The notes: generated by a model from the sequence alone, not told the origin. Shown: positions 1 through 11,328, counted from the whole stretch's first letter. The stretch: DNA of 59,601 nucleotides, filler included, from Squatina squatina (GCA_031763465.1; 4 parts of 3 records of this genome joined end to end with filler, not necessarily neighbours in it); one strand, 5' to 3'. Made by a program: numbers and translations.

Positions 1-351
1 CAACTCCACTTTCCTCCTGCTGACCATATCCCTTGATTCTTTTAGACTTTCTCAATTCTTCCCAAACACCCCCCGCCCCTCACCTCCCAGTCATCACTTG
101 CGAGACTCTGCCTCTGTTGAGGGGTCTCATAAAGGTGGCGCTCATGGCTACTGTGCAGCTGGTTGTCATTTAGATGTAGTGCTTTAAGAGTCTGTGCAGT
201 AGGACAGTGGGATTCCTGCAAGGAACAAAACGAAAACCTTTTTTTGAGTATGTGGAGAGCTGCTATTTTCTATTAACTGTGTACATCTAGTGTTCCTATT
301 TGACCCATCAAAATTGCACATTAACATGAGTCAGTTTTATGGCTAACCCAA

Positions 352-570
352 AAGCAGAAAAAACTGCAGACGATGGAAAGTGAAACTAAAAGTTGTGGAA
401 ATGCACAGCAGGTCAGTCAGCCTCTGTGAAGCGGAAAGATAGCTTTCTGTGTCAGGTTTAATCCCTTCATCAGAACCCTAAGGAAGGGTCTACACCCAAA
501 ACATTAACCGGTCTTTCCCCTTTCCAGATGATGACTGACCTGCATATTTCCAACATTTTCTGTTTCTATT
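352..570. mobile_element. Two degenerate Penelope-like terminal repeats in inverted orientation
   Basis: Left arm (~352-475, GCAGGTCAGTCAGCCTCTG...CCCTTCATCAGAAC) matches the reverse complement of the right arm (~478-570). Both resemble the repeats at 905-1170. Confidence 0.65.
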
Positions 571-619
571 AGTAAGGATTATAGTTCTCACTCCAAAGTG
601 TATTACATAAAAATATAAA

Positions 620-885
620 GTGGTTACAACACAGAAACAGACCACATGCACCAAACAGTCTTAATCACGTTTACCCACCCTGTTCCCATATCCCTTGATC
701 CTCTATTCCTTCATCCACCTATCCAATCTCAACTTAAACATAGTTTCTGCCTCATCCACTATCCCTGGAAGTGAATCCCACAGCCTCACGACTCTCTGTG
801 TGAAGAAGTCTCTCCTGGCCTCTGTTCTAAATCTCTTATATTTAATCTTGTATCTCTGGCTCCTCTTTCTAGACCCTTCAACCAC
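620..885 (-). mobile_element. CR1-clade LINE 3' fragment
   Basis: Minus ORF RFRTEARRDFFTQRVVRLWDSLP...FKLRLDRWM is a typical CR1 ORF2 C-terminus, followed by the 3' UTR. Confidence 0.9.
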
Positions 886-904
886 TGGTTCTATCTACAA
901 AAGG

Positions 905-1420
905 CAAATACTGCGGATGCTGGAAATCTAAAATAAAAACTGAAAATGCTGGAAATACTCAGCAGGTCAGGCAGCACCTGTGGAGAGAGAAATAGAATCA
1001 ACGTTTCAGGTCTGTGACCTTTCATTAGAACCTTCTACAGAAACGAAATACTGCGGATGCTGGAATCTAGAATATAAACAAAAATGCTGGAAAAACTCAG
1101 CAGGTCAGGCAGCATCTGTGCAGAGAAAAACAGAGTTAACGTCTCGGGTCGATGACCCTTCGTCAGAGCTGAAAAAAAGCCAGAAATGCAGCAGGTTTTC
1201 AAGCACCTGCAGGAGCAGGGAAAGGGGAGGGGAGGAAAGATTAGTGATTGGGTGGAAGGCAGCGAGTTTTGGTAGATACCTGATCAAATACGAGGAGGGA
1301 AACATAAAGCAATGAAGATGAACAAGGTAGAAGAGACAAACGGAAATCCCGTCTGAGGGAGGAGCAGAACTTCAAGGTGGGCATTCCTGGAAGAGAAGTG
1401 GCAGTGAATTAAGAGATGAC
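905..1420 (-). mobile_element. Internally deleted Penelope-like element with tandem terminal repeats bearing hammerhead-like motifs
   Basis: Two direct copies (905-1032, 1046-1170) of AAATACTGCGGATGCTGGAA...CAGCAGGTCAGGCAGCA...GACC. The minus strand carries CTGANGA/stem/GAAAC-like cores. A short minus ORF from 1384 (MPTLKFCSSLRRDFRLSLLPCS...) resembles a recalled PLE ORF start. Confidence 0.7.
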
Positions 1421-1460
1421 CAGTCAGCAGCAATCTCCACAAGTCATTGCTGACCAAGCA

Positions 1461-1679
1461 GATACTCCATTCTCATATCAACACACACGCACGGATACTC
1501 CATTCTCGTCTCAACACGCGCACACACTCCATTCTCGTCTCAACACGCGCGCACACACTCCATTCTCGTCTCAACACGCGCGCACACACTCCATTCTCAT
1601 ACACACACACACGCACACACTCCATTCTCATACACACACACACGCACACACTCCATTCTCATACACACACACACGCACA
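1461..1679. repeat. Minisatellite, ~30-33 bp unit, about 7 copies
   Basis: Core ACTCCATTCTC repeats, each followed by (CA)n/(CG)n-type spacers. Confidence 0.9.
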
Positions 1680-2491
1680 GGCAAGATGAAGTTTGTGATA
1701 TTAGAATTTATTTTGAACTTACTTTTATGACATCATTGATATCGATCCTTCCATCATTGTTTTCATCCAGGGATTCAGCAATCTTTTGTAATTTGTGCTG
1801 TGGGATATTCNNNNNNNNNNNNNNNNNNNNNNNNNNNNNNNNNNNNNNNNNNNNNNNNNNNNNNNNNNNNNNNNNNNNNNNNNNNNNNNNNNNNNNNNNN
1901 NNNNNNNNNNNNNNNNNNNNNNNNNNNNNNNNNNNNNNNNNNNNNNNNNNNNNNNNNNNNNNNNNNNNNNNNNNNNNNNNNNNNNNNNNNNNNNNNNNNN
2001 NNNNNNNNNNNNNNNNNNNNNNNNNNNNNNNNNNNNNNNNNNNNNNNNNNNNNNNNNNNNNNNNNNNNNNNNNNNNNNNNNNNNNNNNNNNNNNNNNNNN
2101 NNNNNNNNNNNNNNNNNNNNNNNNNNNNNNNNNNNNNNNNNNNNNNNNNNNNNNNNNNNNNNNNNNNNNNNNNNNNNNNNNNNNNNNNNNNNNNNNNNNN
2201 NNNNNNNNNNNNNNNNNNNNNNNNNNNNNNNNNNNNNNNNNNNNNNNNNNNNNNNNNNNNNNNNNNNNNNNNNNNNNNNNNNNNNNNNNNNNNNNNNNNN
2301 NNNNNNNNNNNNNNNNNNNNNNNNNNNNNNNNNNNNNNNNNNNNNNNNNNNNNNNNNNNNNNNNNNNNNNNNNNNNNNNNNNNNNNNNNNNNNNNNNNNN
2401 NNNNNNNNNNNNNNNNNNNNNNNNNNNNNNNNNNNNNNNNNNNNNNNNNNNNNNNNNNNNNNNNNNNNNNNNNNNNNNNNNNNNNNNNNNN

Positions 2492-2660
2492 GTGTGTATG
2501 TTTTGTGTGTGTGTGCGTGGTGTCTGTGTGTGGTGTGTGTCTGTGTAGTCTGTGTGTGGTGCGTGTGCGTGTGGTGTGTGGTGAGTATGTGTGTGCGTGT
2601 GTGTGCGTGTGTGTGTGGTGTGTGGTGTGTGTGGTGAGCTGTGTGTGTGGTGTGTGTGTT
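2492..2660. repeat. Degenerate (GT)n microsatellite
   Basis: Seen directly, abutting a gap. Confidence 0.9.
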
Positions 2661-2664
2661 GATT

Positions 2665-2930
2665 TCGCTGAGTGCTGGATCACGCTCATCCATTTTAATC
2701 CCACTGGGGCCCACATTCTCACCACTCTTTGGATAAAGACACTTCTCCTGAATTTGTTATTGGATTTATTACTGACTATCTTATATTAATGGCCCCTCGT
2801 TTTCGACTCCCCCACAAGTGGTAACATCTTCTCTACGTCTATCCGATCAAACCTTTTCATAATCTTAAGGACCTCTATTAGGTCATTTCTCTGACTCCAC
2901 TTCTCTGGAGAAAGGAGCCCTAGCCTGGGG
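2665..2930 (-). mobile_element. CR1 LINE fragment
   Basis: Reverse complement matches CR1 ORF2 C-terminal sequence also seen at 41215-41540. Confidence 0.8.
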
Positions 2931-3439
2931 CCATATGTTCTGCATTGGCTCGAAATCTGCTTCTAATCTGTTGATGGAGGGAGGAAGTGGGGTGAGTGGG
3001 GGAAGGTAATGAAACAAAACAGGACTGGGAATAAATCGTGCCAGCCCTTGTCGCTGCAGCTGCCAGGTATCCAATCCTCGGATTTATTCAGCAGGTACTT
3101 TGCAAATGTAATGCTTTTCTGTGGCTGCCTATATTCTGTAATTCCATTCATTAAAGATATTTATACAGCCAGTTAAGCTTCGAAGCCTGTTCGGAGTTGG
3201 TTTGTCGCCCAAGGGCATTCACAGATACAAGACTGTGCCGGAGAAATCACAGATGATGATATATATCGAGCAGATAGACCACTAATATTTCAAACTGCTT
3301 GGATCAGTTATGGTGTCATTTCATTATAGAGTCTAATCTTCTGTTTACAATTCAGGAGCCCATCCCCTGACTGCAAATCAACAGTCAATAAAACAAAATA
3401 AAATTCCCAGATCTCTGTGCTCCTCGAATTCTGTCCTCT

Positions 3440-3850
3440 TGAGAATGGGAACGGAGTTGTGGTCAGGAACAAGGACAACGGCTTTGATCTTCCCAATATT
3501 TAGTTGGAGGGAATTTCTGTGCACACATTACTGGATGGAGTCTGACAATTTAGAGACGGTGGAGGGGTGAAGGGAGGTGTTGGTGAGGTAGAGCTGGGTG
3601 TCGTCAGCGTACACGTGGAAACTGACGCTCTATTTTCGGATGATGGCACTAAGGAGCAGCATGTAGATAAGAGATAGGAGGGTCAAAGGATATACCCTTG
3701 GGGGACACCAGAGATAACTGTGTGGGAGCGGGTAGAATAGCCACTGCAGGTGATTCTCTAGCTACGATTAGATAGATAAGAATGGGACCAGGCGAGTGCA
3801 GCCCCGCCCAGCTGGACGACAGTGGAGAGGCGTTGGTCAAGGATGGATAA
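3440..3850 (-). mobile_element. L2-clade LINE reverse transcriptase fragment
   Basis: Minus strand encodes SGVPQG...SFHVYADDTQLYL (YADD motif), with frameshifts and stops. Confidence 0.85.
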
Positions 3851-4099
3851 CTTCACTACTTTTCAATTCAATCCCTCGAGAGATAAACCCTGGTGCCTGA
3901 TTTGCTTTTCCTTGGCCTTGTTAACCTGTGTCAATGCCTTTAGTGATGTGTGTATTTGTCTCCCAGATCCCTTTGCTCCTCTACCCCATTTAGAATCTTA
4001 TTTTCCAAGTAAAGGTGACCTCCCTATTTTCTGTACCAAAATGTAATACCTCATCTTTACCAGTGTTGAACTTCATTTGCCAATTATATCAGGTAACAT

Positions 4100-5045
4100 G
4101 AGAACCAGGAAGGGAAGGGATGGTCAGCAGTTTAGCGGGAATAGGGTCAAGGGAGCTGGACTTGGTCTCATGGCCAAGATGACGTTGGAGAGGGCAAGAG
4201 GGTAGATCGGAGAGAAACTGGAGAAAGATGCGAATTCCGGGCTAGGCCCGGGGGAAACATAGAGGAAGTTTGGCCCAGTGGACTGGGGGCAAGACAGGAA
4301 GTGGCAGAGGCAGCTGATTGGATGGTCTCAACCTTAATGATAAAGAAGTCCATGAACTCCTTGTTGTCGGAGGTAAGGGTGGAAGAGGCAGAGGAGAGGG
4401 GTTTAAGAAGACGGTTTGTAGTAGAGAAAAGAAGCCGGGAGTTATCTTTGCATTCCAGAATGATCCTGGAATATTGAGCAGTTTTGGCCGACGAGAGCAG
4501 GATCTGATAATGCTTTATGTGATGCAGCCAGACCTGGTGGTGAATGGCTAAACCAGTTGTGCGCCATATCCGTTCAAATCTGCATCTCTGCGACTTAAGG
4601 GAGCGAAAATGAGGGTTGTACCAGGGGAAACAGCCAGGGTGAGAGAAAGCAATTGTTTTAATAGGGACTAGGGCATTAAAGGTGGTGGTGAGGGTGTGGT
4701 AGAGCAGATCGGTAGCTGTAAACATGTTGGGGTGAATGGAGAGCCAAAGGCTCGACAGTTGGGATTTTGAAAGTTCAGTTGTAAGAGTATTTGGAGAGAG
4801 TTTTTTTCCAGGGGTGGACACAGAAGGAAGTAGGGTTGGGTGTGAGGGGGAAGGGGATGTGGCTGGAGAACTAAACAAGGAAGTGATCAGAGATGGCCTT
4901 ATCTGTGATTGACACAATGGGAGTAGCGAGGACAGGTGAGATGGCAAGGTCAGTGGGTGGCTGTGAATATGGGTTGGGGAGCTTACATGGAGGGAGAGAT
5001 TAAGGGAGTGTGGGAGGGCAGTGAACTCAGAGGAGAGAGGGCAGA
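4100..5045 (-). mobile_element. L2-clade LINE ORF2 fragment (endonuclease-RT linker)
   Basis: ORF 4168-5127 contains PWYNPHFRSLKSQRCRFERIWRTTG...AQYSRIILECKDNSRLLFSTTNRLL, typical of the L2 linker region. Confidence 0.85.
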
Positions 5046-5514
5046 CGTGATGGGCTGAATGGCTTTCTTCTGTGCTGGAAAATGATATGATTCGATGAAA
5101 TGAAGAAGAGTGATTAAGCGATGCCACAGTTGGGTTTTACATGTCTTTCAGATGTAGGAGGAAGGGAGCTGAGGAGTCCCACAGTTTGCAGCTGCTGGGA
5201 AAGGCTTGAGTTATCACACCCAATTCCTGATGTTGAAAATACAATTGCCTTCACCGTCTGCACCATTAATTAGATTTTGATCCACTCCTTTATTCTGGCA
5301 AATCCAGAGAAGGCAACACTTTGCCAGGAGAGGCGAAATAGAGCTTTGAACAATTTTGAGCGCTAAAACAACCATAATCTCAATGGAGATGAAATGCTAA
5401 GTGGAGCTCAGTGTTGGCTCTTCATTACTGTCCCACAACCCATGAAGGATTAAATTAAATAATGCAGTGCCAGCTAACTAGAATCCTTTCTGTAGCTCAC
5501 TGTCAGTATCCATT

Positions 5515-5920
5515 CTGTCAACCGTGGTTCAGTGGGTAGCGCTCTCTACCTCCGAGTCAGAAGGTTATAGGTTCATTGCCCCACTTTAGAGATTTGTGCA
5601 CCTAATCTAGGCTGACACTCCAGTGCAGAGCTGAGGGAGTGCTGCACTGTCTTTCAGATGAGGCATTAAACCAAGGCCCTGACTGCCCTCTCAGGTGGTT
5701 GTAAAAGATACAACAGCACTATTTTGAAGAGGAACAGAGGAGTCCTCACCCGGTGTCCTGGCCAGTATTTATCTCTCAACACTCATCACTGAAATGGAAC
5801 ATCTGGTCATTTATCTCATTGCTCTTTGTGGGAGCTTGCTGTGTACAAATTGGCTGCTGCATTTCCAGTGACTACACTTCTAAAGTACATCTTTTGCTAT
5901 AAAGTGCTTTGGGAATAAAT
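5515..5920 (+). mobile_element. tRNA-derived Deu-domain SINE (SacSINE1-like)
   Basis: tRNA-like head, Deu-domain-like TTTCAGATGAG...AAACCAAGG...CCCGGTGTCCTGGCCA, and an L2-type tail (AAAGTGCTTTGGGA). Confidence 0.8.
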
Positions 5921-6232
5921 TTCTTTCTTTCTTTCTTTCCTTTTCTTCTCTCCTTCTCTCTTTCTCTTTCCTCTTTTTCTTTCTTTTCCTCTTGATTTAA
6001 TTTTCCTCTTTCTATCTCAAGGGGGCAGAGTACTTCAATACCACAAGCAGCAGGATCACTAATAGCAAGAGTGAGCCTCCAACTATTGGATCATTTGCCT
6101 TCCTATCGCTTGACTTTGCATCCCTTGATCCCACAGCCAATGTACTTTTGAAGAACAGCCACTTCTGTATTGTAGGAAACACAGCAAGTTCCCACAAAGA
6201 GCAATGAAATAATGACCAGATAAACTGTTTAA

Positions 6233-6469
6233 ATAAGAACATAAGAACAAGAAGCAGGAGTCGGCCATTCGGCCCCTCGAGCCAGCTACCCCATTCAACA
6301 AGATCATGGCTGATCTTCTGCCTCAATGCCATTTTCCTGCACTATTCCCATATTCCTTGATTCCCAATACTATCTAAAAATCTATTGACCTCAGTCTTGA
6401 ATATATTCAATGACCGAGTCTCCACAGCCCTCTGGGGTAGACAATTCCAAATATTCACCACCCTCTGAG
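6233..6469 (-). mobile_element. CR1 LINE 3' end
   Basis: AAGAACATAAGAAC...GCAGGAGTCGGCCATTCGGCCCCTCGAGCC is the reverse complement of the shark-type CR1 tail. Confidence 0.85.
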
Positions 6470-6569
6470 NNNNNNNNNNNNNNNNNNNNNNNNNNNNNNN
6501 NNNNNNNNNNNNNNNNNNNNNNNNNNNNNNNNNNNNNNNNNNNNNNNNNNNNNNNNNNNNNNNNNNNNN

Positions 6570-6687
6570 AAGCAGGTACGGGGTACTGAGTTGAAAGATC
6601 AGCCATGATCGTGTTGAATGGCGGTGCAGGCTCGAATGGCTGAATGGCCTACTCCTGCACCTATTTTCTATGTTTCTATGTTTCTAT
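6570..6687 (+). mobile_element. CR1 LINE 3' tail
   Basis: GATCAGCCATGATC...GAATGGCCTACTCCTGC...(TTTCTATG)n tail. Confidence 0.85.
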
Positions 6688-6784
6688 GACTACACTCCAA
6701 ACCTACTTCATTGGCTGTAAAGCGCTTTGCGACGTTCAGTGATTGTGAACGGTGCTGTATAAATGCGAGACTTTTTTTTTGCTT

Positions 6785-7025
6785 TCCTGACTCCTTACTG
6801 GAATAAGATTCCACAATTGCCGGTCGCTCCTCCTCGCCTAAATGGGCATTGTTCACCTGTGGGGCCGAGACAGTGAGTGTCTGCGGGCTATTTAAACGTG
6901 GGGGTATCACTGCTGAGTCAAAGTCCTGACCTTGCCTGACATGCATACAGTTCCAGCAGGGGTTTGACAGCGAGCATTCTACAGCAGGGACCCCTGACTG
7001 AGATCCTCTCCCTGACATAGGCCAT
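6785..7025 (-). mobile_element. Old SINE-like repeat fragment
   Basis: Reverse complement is similar to 56990-57345 and 23775-24050. Confidence 0.55.
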
Positions 7026-7644
7026 TTCCAGTGCTTCCATGTCAGCATCAGCCAGGGAAGCAAACCTTGCGAATGTCCCAGCCTTTTGGTGAGGCTACAC
7101 ACCGGGAGAGCTCAACGAGCTGGGAGAAGTGGGAGCCGGAACAACACACCTTTAAAAGAATGCTTTTGCATTCAAGTCTCAGATCAAGGGCAATGGTTCC
7201 TTTCCCAAGCAGAGTGTTGTTGTGAGATGAGATTTTCACTGTGCCCAGCTGTAGCTCATTGAGAGCGAGACAGGGGCTGATCAAAGCTGACAGGGCTGGT
7301 AATGTCAGGGGCTGTGTTATTAACTCAAGTGCATGGCAATGAACTGGTGAATGACACTGGCCTTCCTCTTGGGTCAAGAGAGGAGGGGAGATAGGTATGT
7401 AAACGCTGATTGAGAGCAAGATGGGTTTGTGTGGAAGGACACTGGGAGAGGATTGCAATTCTCGGCTGTGATCACATGACCAGCCACTGCTGGTTTGAGA
7501 GACATTAGAGGTGTGGGAATGTTTTGTAAATCATGCGACCAAAACATATATCCCTGGCGTTTAGATCTGTTCAAATAACAATCACATCTTATATACAGCT
7601 GTCAGTGGGTAACACTCTGAGTTAGGTGAAAGAAAGTCGTGAAA

Positions 7645-7750
7645 GAAAAATAACAACAGGAAACGCTGGAAATACTCAGCAGGTCAGGCAGCATCTGTGG
7701 AGAGAAACACAGTTAACATTTCAGCTCGATGACCCTTCGTCAGGACTGGA
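7645..7750 (-). mobile_element. Penelope-like terminal repeat with hammerhead-like motif
   Basis: Near-identical to the 905-1170 units. Minus strand reads CTGACGA-A-GGGTC-ATC-GAGCT-GAAA-TGTT-AACT. Confidence 0.75.
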
Positions 7751-7869
7751 CTGTCATCTCTACATCGCCTTTCACAACCGCAGAACATCCCAAAGCCCTT
7801 TGCAGCCAAAGAAGTACTTTTAGAACTTAAGTCACTGTTGTAATGTAGGAAATGTGACAGTCAACTTAC

Positions 7870-8090
7870 CCCCAATCCAGAGACTTGAGCACAACAGCTA
7901 CACTGATACCCCGAGCGTGGTACGGAGGGAGTGCTGCACTGTTGGAGGTGCCGTCTTTCGGATGAGACATTAATCCAAGGCCCCGTCTGTCCTTTCAGGT
8001 GGACGTAAAAGATCCCATGAAGAAGGGCAGGGGAGCTTTCTCCGGGTCCTGGGCCAGTAATTATTCCTTAAACAACACCATTTAAACAGA
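7870..8090 (+). mobile_element. Partial Deu-domain SINE
   Basis: GGAGTGCTGCACTGTTGGAGGTGCCGTCTTTCGGATGAGACATTAA...GATCCCATG, shared with 14680-15130. Confidence 0.8.
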
Positions 8091-8476
8091 TTCAGGGCGA
8101 AAAAGTGAAATTCGGCAAGGTGAGGCGGCGACCTCACCGGCCGGGTAATTCCCCCGGGTGGGGTGTGGGGGGTCCCAAAGGCACAAGGCCTTTGCTCCTC
8201 TGCCAGGGCCCGCCACATCATCAAAAGGTGCGCCGACCCCCTACCGCCCCACCGCGACCCTTCGTAACCCCCGTTGTGCCTGCGGGTGAAATTCCCCCAC
8301 GTGACGCGAGGCCATCAGCTGTTGGTGGCAACCACAGCTTGAAGCTGTCATTGCCACTGCCTTTTAAATGGGAGGANNNNNNNNNNNNNNNNNNNNNNNN
8401 NNNNNNNNNNNNNNNNNNNNNNNNNNNNNNNNNNNNNNNNNNNNNNNNNNNNNNNNNNNNNNNNNNNNNNNNNNNN

Positions 8477-8720
8477 TCATTATTTACTCCATCAGAAACT
8501 CTCATAATTTTTCAACACCTCTATTAAATCTCCCCTTAACCTTCTGTTCTGTAAGGAGAACAACGCCAGCTTCTCCAGTCTTTCCACATAACTGAAGTCC
8601 CTTTGGTCATTCTGGTAAACCTCCTCACCAAGGCCGTGACATCCATTCTAAAGCATGGTGCTCGCTATTGTGCGCAATACTAATACTCCAGCTGAGGCCG
8701 AACCAGCGATTTATGAAGTC
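8477..8720 (-). mobile_element. CR1 LINE fragment
   Basis: Reverse complement resembles the CR1 RT C-terminal region (LEY..Q..AP motif). Confidence 0.7.
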
Positions 8721-9364
8721 TTACTCCTGTTCCTATTGCAGCACACATGTCACCATTCCTGCGGAAGTAATCTCAAGCTCATTTTTTAATAAGCTGATCC
8801 GTGGCAAACAGTGGGAGATCCTCTGGCTGCGACAGAGCTGATTCCTGCGGGGTAAAGCTCACCAAATATATGTAATGACAGAACACGATTAAAAATATGT
8901 GTTCAAGTTAGTAATTCATTTATATTTAATTAGAAATGGATAGAATTCCATGCACGCAGCTAACAATATATCAGTTCAAAATCGTTTTTTCTTTTTTGAG
9001 AACAAACATGGAGTCCTCCCCAGAGGGGCAAGGGCGAATATTAACAAAAATTGAAATCTAATGATACAATAGGATTAAAAGAGTATTAGCACTTAGTAAT
9101 TCATTTAGATCTCATTATAAATGGATGGAATTGCATACGTGTAAGTGACAAATATAATTGGTTTTGCACAGTTAACTCTCTGAGGCTCGATCCCCAGTGC
9201 AGGAGGCAGGCAAGCCTGGCCTGAACATTCAGTGAAAAAAACATGTTTCCGTGCCGATATCTGCAGATTTGGAGTAGGCCGAGAGTCAGGGAGTGGACAT
9301 TTCATCGGCAAAGAGCATCACGCCCGACTTCTGACTCAAAGCCATAGAGAAAGACCTTGCACTT

Positions 9365-9756
9365 ACATAGCAAAATAATCCAAAAGGCTGAAGGAATGCT
9401 GGCCTCTATATCCAGAGGATTGAATACAAGGGGGTGGAAGTTATGCTGCAGCGATACAAAGCCCTGGTTAGACCACACCTGGAGCACTGGGAGCAGTTCT
9501 GGGCACCACACCGTAGGAAGGGTATATTGGCCTTGGAGGGAGGGCAGCACAGGTTTACCAGCTTGATACCCAATCTCCAAGGGTTAAGTTACGAGGAGAG
9601 ATTACACAAATTAGGGTTGTATTCCTCAGAATTTAGAAGGTTAAGGGATGATCTGATCGAAGTTTTCAGGATATTAAGGGGAACAGATAGGGTAGATAGA
9701 GAGAAACTATTTCCACTGGTTGGGGATTCTAGGACTAGGGGGCATAGTCTAAAAAT
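9365..9756 (+). mobile_element. CR1 LINE ORF2 C-terminal fragment
   Basis: YKALVRPHLEH..QFWAP...LSYEERLHKLGLYSSEFRRLRDDLIEVFRIL...SRTRGHSLK. Confidence 0.92.
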
Positions 9757-9959
9757 NNNNNNNNNNNNNNNNNNNNNNNNNNNNNNNNNNNNNNNNNNNN
9801 NNNNNNNNNNNNNNNNNNNNNNNNNNNNNNNNNNNNNNNNNNNNNNNNNNNNNNNNGTTTATGTGTCCATTGATCGTGCCTCTGTGAAGTGCCTTGGAAT
9901 GTTTTTCTACGTTAAGAACACTGTATAAATGCAACTTCTTGTTCTTGGTGCCGATGATG

Positions 9960-10910
9960 ATGTGTGTCCAAGCCTGGTTGGTGTGTGATTCGGATCTTGG
10001 AGGTTGGAGGCGAATTACTGACAATTACAGCAATCAAGAGTCACCATTGATAATGAGTTAAAAATAATAGTTCAGGAGAGATGTGAGGTAAGGCCGTGTT
10101 ATGCCAGCCAGCCTTCATAATACATACACTTAATGTCATTACAGGAGACAGTCTGCATGACTGAGAAGTCGGTTGAAAATCATTGGAAAATTGATAAACA
10201 GCCCCAGGTATGGGGACAATACAGCACTGATTGCAGATTTAAAAGTGAGATTACACAAGATACTTGATGAGGTAAATCAGGCAAGTTTTGGAATATTGAT
10301 TGAAATTAAGTGGCAAGAAGATAAAATCAATGATAATCAAGAAGAGAGAGGAGCTCCTAAACATTGACCTTAAGACTGAGAAATAGAACGAGAGGTGAAT
10401 CTGTTTACTGGGGTAGACAAGTAATATCGGAGAGTCAAACTAACAAAGGAATTAAATGGGGAATAGGAAGTGGAAAAAGGATGTATAACAACATGTAAGA
10501 GTTTCTACACAACCTCAATATCAAACTGGTGATAAGCAGTTGATGGTCGGGAGTTGTGTGCCATCAAAGGCATCATCCTGATGTGACAATGGGACCTTGA
10601 ACACGGGACTAAGAGGCCTGGAGGGGATTGAGTTCTGGTGCCACAGACATCTCTTGAAAATAGGCTGAAGGAGTAGAACAACTAATGAGATGGTCCTTGA
10701 ACCAGGACAATGATGGAGAGAAGTGACGAGGCTGATCATGATGAGAAAGATGACGGGTACAGGGGAAGTTGTCGAGGTTGTCACTCTCTGCAAAAGATGA
10801 TGGTGATAGATCAAGAAGGAAATGGGGAACCTGGTTGGATGGTGTGATGGATTGGACAGCTGTATTGTTATCTGTTCTGAGACTGGGAAGAATGAAGTGC
10901 GTTGCTCCAC
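9960..10910 (+). mobile_element. Highly decayed RTE-clade LINE (RT and C-terminus)
   Basis: INSPRYGDNTALIAD resembles the RTE motif INNLRYADDTALIA. A downstream GDRSRRKWGTWLDG resembles the RTE C-terminal R/G-rich W.D motif. Confidence 0.6.
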
Positions 10911-11149
10911 TGGGGGGAGAAAACACATGGAGAATGAGGGAAAGTCAGACAGAGAGAGAAAGATAGAGAGAGAGAGAGATCTAACTCGCCAGACGGGGAG
11001 CCCACAGGATCGGGTGGAATGGCGGTTTTACCACCCTTCCCCCGCCACGTGACTCCAATAGAGTGTAAAATCTGGTGAGGGAGTAAAACCAGCATCGCAC
11101 CAACCCCGTCAGTTACCCGAAGGCCAGTTAAGTTAAAATTGCTCCCATT

Positions 11150-11328
11150 GTGAAAGAGAAAGAGAGAAAGAGGCTGAGAGAAACAGAAAGATAGAGAGAT
11201 TGAGAGCGAAAGAGAGACAGAACGAGAGAGAAAGAGTGATTGAGAGAGAGACAGAGAGAGTCAAGTTGAGTAAAACAAACTGAGGGAGAGTGACAAACTG
11301 AGAGATAAAGAAAGAGACATAGAGAAAG
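11150..11328. repeat. Degenerate (GA)n tract
   Basis: Seen directly. Confidence 0.9.

Noticed and set aside
1461-1679. Repeat-spacer pattern resembling a CRISPR array
   Set aside because: The context is eukaryotic, the spacers are low-complexity and non-unique, and there are no cas genes.
1416-2789. His/Thr- and Cys/Val-rich ORFs (also 13529-14225)
   Set aside because: They are translations of CA/GT microsatellites and N runs.
3165-3330. Protein-like open frames
   Set aside because: Short, no recognised homology and no convincing splice pair.
6233-6687. Oppositely oriented CR1 ends as one composite element
   Set aside because: They are separated by a 100-N gap of unknown content, so adjacency is unverified.
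8095-8376. GC/CpG-rich patch as a CpG-island promoter
   Set aside because: It is embedded among repeats at a gap edge with no exon or core promoter motif, so it is more likely a young unclassified repeat.
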